A DNA stretch of 64,000 nt from Candidatus Heimdallarchaeota archaeon (GTDB lineage: Archaea > Asgardarchaeota > Heimdallarchaeia > Hodarchaeales > Hodarchaeaceae). Location of the stretch: positions 4,785,414 to 4,849,413 of the forward strand of contig CP070695.1 of NCBI GenBank assembly GCA_020353515.1, read 5' to 3'. Both the position numbers and the translations under genes were made by a program. The notes under the pieces are model-generated. The model saw only the letters and a list, made by a program, of their open reading frames with translations. It made no database searches and was not told the DNA's origin. Below, piece after piece: positions 59,212 to 64,000 of this stretch (its first letter is position 1; each line of letters starts with the position of its first letter).

Positions 59212-60669
59212 ATGAAAAAAATCAACCAAAATTTATTAGTTCTTATTATTTTAATTGCGTTTTCACTGGTAATTAGTTCTGTTGAAGGAACTAGAATTGA
59301 CCAAGATGGATTGTATACTTCAACTGATGTATTTTTTCCCAAATTCAATCTTCTTTCAGATTATATCAGTCATACGAATATTCCCCTTACTAATTTTACA
59401 GGTACCTACAATATTACTCTATTCACTAATCCTGACAATGCAGATGAAGTCATTTTCCGTTATCTCAAAGCAGCTGAATCATCAGTTTATGTGTCAATGT
59501 ATACAATCAGTCGTCCAGAATTTAATGAGACATTAATTGATTTGAAGACCACAAATCCAGGCATGGACATTCAGGTATTAATCAGCTATCGGAGGGTCGG
59601 TTCCTCAGAAAATGTTGACACAGAAGCCGCAGCTCAATCATTAGAAGAGAAAGGAATCCCAGTTTATACCTCAACACAAGAAGATGATAAAGTAGATGGA
59701 TTCTACCATGCTAAATATTGGATAATTGATGGAAAACATGTTTTTATTTATTCGGGAAATTGGAGTCCACGAAGTGTTGCCCCTCAGTTGGAACCTGGAG
59801 ATGATTCCTATAGCTCAGGCGAGGCCAATCGGGATATGGGGATTGCTGTTCATGATGCACCAGAAATCGCTTCGTTTTTCAAAGAAGAAGTGTGGGATGA
59901 GGATGTAGCAGTAGCAGATGAATGGACTTCCTCAATAATCAAACCAAAAAGTATACAAAAGACTTCTTTCACTCCTTCCCTCAAAATTAACAGTCCTAAT
60001 CTCTATTATCCAACTTTTGAAGCCCTCAATATTAAAGAAGAAATGACCCTAAGTCCCATGTTCACTCCTGATAACGCGTTAGAATATCATAAATGGTGGA
60101 TCGATCGCGCAAATAGTACCATCAAGATTCAAAATCAGTATATAACGCAATTTGATGACAGTGTTTCCTGGAGTAATGATCCATCTCCCCTTGTCCGTTC
60201 ACTTGTTGAGGCTAAGAATAGAGGAGTATCGATTCGTGTACAAGTGAATGAGGACAGTGATTCTGATGATGTAACGGCTTATTTCTTAAGCAAAGGGATT
60301 GAAGTTAAATGGATGGGAAATTCAAAAACTAGTACTGAGGGGTGGTTGTCAGACACCCACAATAAACTGCTTATAATCGATGACAAGGTGACACTACTCT
60401 CCTCTATTAATTTTGGTGAAAATGCTTTTACCAATAATAGAGAAGCAGGAATGGTTATTCAAAGTACTACAGCAACAGAATATTTGGCATCAATCTTCCA
60501 AACGGATTGGGTAGACGGAGAAATACCCCCCTCTTCACCCTACACAGAAATTTCCTCCTCACAAAAAGAATCAGAAGAATCGTCTGGATTTTTTAATACG
60601 CCTTTCTCTTGGAGTCCAGTGATAATCATCATAATACTGTTACCCATTATTAGGAGGAGATCACGATAA
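59212..60669 (+). CDS. Secreted/membrane-anchored phospholipase D-family protein (two HKD motifs)
   Basis: Signal peptide (MKKINQ..), HAKYWIID..SGNW and HNKLLIID..SINF, C-terminal TM with RRRSR. ATG 59212 preferred. Confidence 0.88.
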   Translation: MKKINQNLLVLIILIAFSLVISSVEGTRIDQDGLYTSTDVFFPKFNLLSDYISHTNIPLTNFTGTYNITLFTNPDNADEVIFRYLKAAESSVYVSMYTISRPEFNETLIDLKTTNPGMDIQVLISYRRVGSSENVDTEAAAQSLEEKGIPVYTSTQEDDKVDGFYHAKYWIIDGKHVFIYSGNWSPRSVAPQLEPGDDSYSSGEANRDMGIAVHDAPEIASFFKEEVWDEDVAVADEWTSSIIKPKSIQKTSFTPSLKINSPNLYYPTFEALNIKEEMTLSPMFTPDNALEYHKWWIDRANSTIKIQNQYITQFDDSVSWSNDPSPLVRSLVEAKNRGVSIRVQVNEDSDSDDVTAYFLSKGIEVKWMGNSKTSTEGWLSDTHNKLLIIDDKVTLLSSINFGENAFTNNREAGMVIQSTTATEYLASIFQTDWVDGEIPPSSPYTEISSSQKESEESSGFFNTPFSWSPVIIIIILLPIIRRRSR

Positions 60670-60905
60670 AACGGATTAAATTCCGAATACCTACATGGGA
60701 AGAAGGCCGCTCTTTCATGAAAGAAATCGCAGAGGAATTAAATGCGGAGATTGAAATAAGAGATGCCAGAGAGGTTATTGTTACTGATTCAATCGAAATC
60801 CACTTTCATCCAGATGATCGGGGATTTTCCTTCATAACTTGTAAGCTTCATGAAGAGTCACTGAAACCTATGCTAGAGAGATATATATCGCGTTACAAAG
60901 AATAG
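60666..60905 (+). CDS. Small hypothetical protein (possible ATA start at 60666; ATG at 60717)
   Basis: Open frame with AGGAGG 8 nt before ATA 60666; T-rich tract after the stop. Confidence 0.55.
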   Translation: MKRIKFRIPTWEEGRSFMKEIAEELNAEIEIRDAREVIVTDSIEIHFHPDDRGFSFITCKLHEESLKPMLERYISRYKE

Positions 60906-61268
60906 TAACTTTCTTTCTTCCTTTTTTTTTATTGAAAATATCCGTCAGCTTTTTGTAGATGAGAATTGCATATTTTCACTATAATTCAAAGAATTCGGGT
61001 TTTTTATCGATTTTATTGATTTTTAAGGGGAGTATTTCCGAAAAGAAAGAAAATTCGTTGTGTTTTCTTATTTCAAACGACTAAATCTTTAGTTGGTCAT
61101 GAGTATTTCTGAGCTATTATCCCAAATGTGCTAGTCACTATCTCGGGCAGAGGAAGGAAGATAAAAAGAAAACTTTATAAAGATTAGACATCGGAGGTCA
61201 CTTGTTCTGTTAAAAACTTGATTAAAGGCAGAACATCATTTTTCGAGAATGAGAAAAGGTGAAAAGAA

Positions 61269-61472
61269 ATGGCAGGTTTTGCATCTGCAAGAATCGAGAA
61301 AATAATCCGAAATGCTGGAGCTCGACGTGTCTCTGCTGACGCGATTGATCGACTCAACGAAATCGTTACTGATTACGGTACTAACATCGCTAAATATGCA
61401 GTTGAGATTGCTCGTCACTCTGGTAGGAAAACAGTAAAAGAAACTGACATTAAGCTAGCAGCTACCAAGTAG
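61269..61472 (+). CDS. Archaeal histone (HMf-type histone fold)
   Basis: A.IEKIIRNAGA.RVS.DA and A.HSGRKTVK..DI.LA; 67 aa, no tails. Confidence 0.95.
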   Translation: MAGFASARIEKIIRNAGARRVSADAIDRLNEIVTDYGTNIAKYAVEIARHSGRKTVKETDIKLAATK

Positions 61473-61650
61473 GCTCCTTTTTAGTGTCAAACAAATATCT
61501 CTTCTTCCCTTTTTTTTCTATCGATATCCTTTTTCTAATGAATTTTATGGTAATTACAAATTTTGATGTAATTTATTACCCTGTTTCAATCCGGTAACAC
61601 GCAACAAATAATTTAACCACTAACAAAATAGCTTTAAATGTGTTAAACAC

Positions 61651-61681
61651 TCCCTAAATTCTCATGAGAGGGAATTTGGGA
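61651..61681. promoter_or_regulatory. Imperfect inverted repeat just downstream of TATA (TTTAAATG, 61633-61640) of the thermosome genes
   Basis: TCCC(T)AAATTC...GAATTTGGGA arms around a CTCATGAG palindrome. Confidence 0.45.
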
Positions 61682-61731
61682 TATAAGGAAATATATTTTG
61701 TCATGTTAAAGACAGATCGAGGTTAACTACC

Positions 61732-63372
61732 ATGCAACTAGGTGGACAACCAGTAATTGTACTTAAAGAAGGAACAGAGCGCTCACGCGGCCGAGATGCT
61801 CTCCGAAACAACATACAGGCCGCTATTGCTGTTGCAGATTCGGTACGCAGCGCGTTAGGCCCACGAGGCCTTGACAAGCTATTAGTAGATTCACTAGGCG
61901 ATGTAGTAATCACCAATGATGGTGCAACTATTCTAGACGAGATTGATGTTCAACATCCAGCAGCTAAACTCCTGGTTCAGGTTGCCAAAACACAAGATCA
62001 AGAAGTAGGTGACGGAACAACCACATCAGTTATCGTGGCTGGTGAATTACTAAAGCGTGCTGAGAAGCTGCTAGACCGAAAAATTCATCCAACAGTGATA
62101 ATCGAAGGCTTTAAACTAGCCTCAGATAAATGTACTGAGATTTTACAGAGCATTGCTAATAAGATTGACCCTGACAATAAGGCTCATCTAATAAATGTTG
62201 CTAGAACTTCGCTCAACTCTAAAGCTACTGGAGGCGCAAAAGATCTCATGGCAGAAATTGCCGTTGATGCCACTAAAGCTGTAAAAGAAGGTGGTAAGGT
62301 GGATATCGACATGATTTCTGTTATCCAAAAGCAAGGCAAAGGACTCCATGACTCAGAGCTAGTTCAAGGAGTAGTCATTGATAAAGAAGTTGTAAATAGC
62401 AGAATGCCTTCTTCTGTAACAACTGCAAAAATTGCTTTGATTGACTTGGCTTTGGAAATTAAAAAGACAGAATTTGACGCCAAAATTCGTATAACAGACG
62501 CTTCAATGATGGACGCATTTTTAGACCAAGAACAAAACATGATTAAGGAAATGGTCGAAAAAGTCAAAGAATCTGGTGCCAATATTGTTCTATGTCAGAA
62601 GGGTATTGACGATTTAGCTCAACATTTTCTCGCTAAAGAAGGAATTATGGCAGTTCGTAGAGTCAAGAAATCAGATATGGAAAAATTATCCAGAGCAACA
62701 GGCGCCCAAATTGTCACTAACATTAAGGACTTATCCTCCTCAGATTTAGGTAACGCAGGACTTGTCGAAGAAGTTCAAATTGGCGATGAGAAGCTGATTT
62801 ATGTCAAAGAATGTGCTAATCCCAAGAGTGTTTCTGTTGTTCTTCGGGGTGGAACCAAATACGTCACTGATGAAGCAGAAAGAGCATTACATGACGCTCT
62901 CTGTGTCGTACGCGATGTTCTTGAAGATGGATGGGCAGTTGCAGGTGCAGGAAGCCCTGAAATCGAATTACACAAGAATCTCAAAGCTTATGCAGGAACA
63001 ATCAAGGGACGTGAACAAATGGCTGTTGATGCTTTCGCTGATGCCGTAGAAATTATCCCAAGGACTCTTGCTGAAAACGCTGGTCTTGATTCTATTGATG
63101 TTCTTGTTGAGCTTCGTGCAGCCCATGATAAAGGAAACACAAACATAGGGGTTAATGTAGACACGGGTAAGAATGTCGATGCTTTTGAAGCTGGAATTAT
63201 TGAACCACTTCGTGTCAAACGCCAAGCACTCCAATCTGCACGAGAAGCAGCAGAGCTAATTCTGAGAATTGACGATGTTATTGCCAGTAAAAGCTTAGGC
63301 GAAGGCCCACCAATGCCCCCAGGCGGCATGGGCGGCATGGGCGGCATGGGTGGAATGCCCCCAATGATGTAG
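61732..63372 (+). CDS. Thermosome (group II chaperonin) subunit
   Basis: [29 protein letters not shown] and LRIDD, with a GGM-repeat tail. Confidence 0.97.
   Translation: MQLGGQPVIVLKEGTERSRGRDALRNNIQAAIAVADSVRSALGPRGLDKLLVDSLGDVVITNDGATILDEIDVQHPAAKLLVQVAKTQDQEVGDGTTTSVIVAGELLKRAEKLLDRKIHPTVIIEGFKLASDKCTEILQSIANKIDPDNKAHLINVARTSLNSKATGGAKDLMAEIAVDATKAVKEGGKVDIDMISVIQKQGKGLHDSELVQGVVIDKEVVNSRMPSSVTTAKIALIDLALEIKKTEFDAKIRITDASMMDAFLDQEQNMIKEMVEKVKESGANIVLCQKGIDDLAQHFLAKEGIMAVRRVKKSDMEKLSRATGAQIVTNIKDLSSSDLGNAGLVEEVQIGDEKLIYVKECANPKSVSVVLRGGTKYVTDEAERALHDALCVVRDVLEDGWAVAGAGSPEIELHKNLKAYAGTIKGREQMAVDAFADAVEIIPRTLAENAGLDSIDVLVELRAAHDKGNTNIGVNVDTGKNVDAFEAGIIEPLRVKRQALQSAREAAELILRIDDVIASKSLGEGPPMPPGGMGGMGGMGGMPPMM
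63322..63357 (+). repeat. 9-bp coding tandem repeat (GGCGGCATG x3 + GGTGGAATG) encoding the GGM tail
   Basis: Read directly from the sequence. Confidence 0.85.
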
Positions 63373-63384
63373 GAGGAAATCAAA

Positions 63385-64000
63385 ATGACTTTACAAGGAA
63401 CTCCAGTATTAATTTTAAAAGAAGACACTTCTCGAACTACAGGAAGAGATGCAACTAGTAGTAATATTGCTGCAGCACGAGTGATCTCTGAAGCAATTCG
63501 GTCAGCTCTTGGTCCGAAAGGCCGAGATAAAATGTTAGTTGATAACTTCGGAGATGTAGTTATCACTAATGATGGGGCAACAATTCTGAAAGAAATCGAT
63601 ATTGCACACCCCATTGGTAAGATGATGGTAGAACTATCAAAGATTCAAGACCAAGAAGTAGGCGATGGAACAACTACAGTAGTGATATTAGCTGGGGAAT
63701 TATTGCAGCAAGCTGCAGAGTTAATTACTAGCGATAAGATTCATCCTACAATTTTGGTAGAAGGTTTCCGCGTGGCAACTGAGAAAGCAGAAGAATTTTT
63801 GAATGAAATCGCGACTGATGTTGTTGCTGATGATCAGGATCTTTTAGTTCAGCTTGTCAATACTACTATGGGATCCAAAATCGTCGCACGATCCAGTGAT
63901 TTACTAGCTAAAATTGTCATTGATGCAGTCAAGAGTATTGATCCTGGTACAGGCAAAATTGATATTGATGACATTAAAATTGAAAAGAAAGAAGGCGAAG
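63385..64000 (+). CDS. Second thermosome subunit (3'-truncated by window edge; absent from ORF track)
   Basis: AGGAGG SD, then [13 protein letters not shown]...LGPKGRDKM...TNDGATIL...GDGTTTV; frame open to the window end. Confidence 0.95.
   Translation, partial: MTLQGTPVLILKEDTSRTTGRDATSSNIAAARVISEAIRSALGPKGRDKMLVDNFGDVVITNDGATILKEIDIAHPIGKMMVELSKIQDQEVGDGTTTVVILAGELLQQAAELITSDKIHPTILVEGFRVATEKAEEFLNEIATDVVADDQDLLVQLVNTTMGSKIVARSSDLLAKIVIDAVKSIDPGTGKIDIDDIKIEKKEGE

Noticed and set aside
62988-63614. 208-aa minus-strand ORF and other antisense ORFs (e.g. 5804-6133, 19118-19450, 16485-16814)
   Set aside because: They are shadows of strongly conserved genes on the opposite strand and show no independent motifs.
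1-64000. CRISPR arrays, tRNA/rRNA genes, transposases, integrases
   Set aside because: None recognised by eye. Intergenic gaps are short and non-repetitive; a tRNAscan-SE/Infernal run would be needed to exclude small RNAs.

Overview
AT-rich archaeal chromosomal segment, most consistent with an Asgard archaeon (Heimdallarchaeia/Hodarchaeales-like). The assignment is inferred from a Rab-like small GTPase, an archaeal histone, tandem thermosome genes, A/V-type ATPase subunits and a TrmB regulator. Core metabolism: 2-oxoacid:ferredoxin oxidoreductase, PEP synthase, enolase, acyl-CoA dehydrogenase/ETF/thiolase and nadB. A dispersed set of purine/pyrimidine-catabolism-type genes is present: xanthine-dehydrogenase-family trimer, two amidohydrolases, dihydropyrimidinase, nucleobase deaminase, two divergent carbamoyltransferases, carbamate kinase and a ThrC-family PLP enzyme. 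There are also two ABC-2 exporters and several GNATs. Most notable: (1) a head-less A0/V0 ATPase module (I-C-K) divergent from a cysteine-less group-4 hydrogenase/NuoD-like protein and a degenerate membrane ferredoxin; (2) a possible archaeal variant of anaerobic purine degradation with two carbamoyltransferases; (3) a polybasic, proline-rich protein with an alpha-SNAP-like C-terminus; (4) a stand-alone TFEbeta/RPC39-type Fe-S microprotein; (5) a Cys-pair TrmB regulator divergent from arsM; (6) a tandem PRC-barrel-GNAT fusion; (7) a MoaD-like protein with a masked di-glycine. I recognised no rRNA, tRNA, CRISPR array or mobile element. All homology calls come from motif recognition by eye, not database searches.
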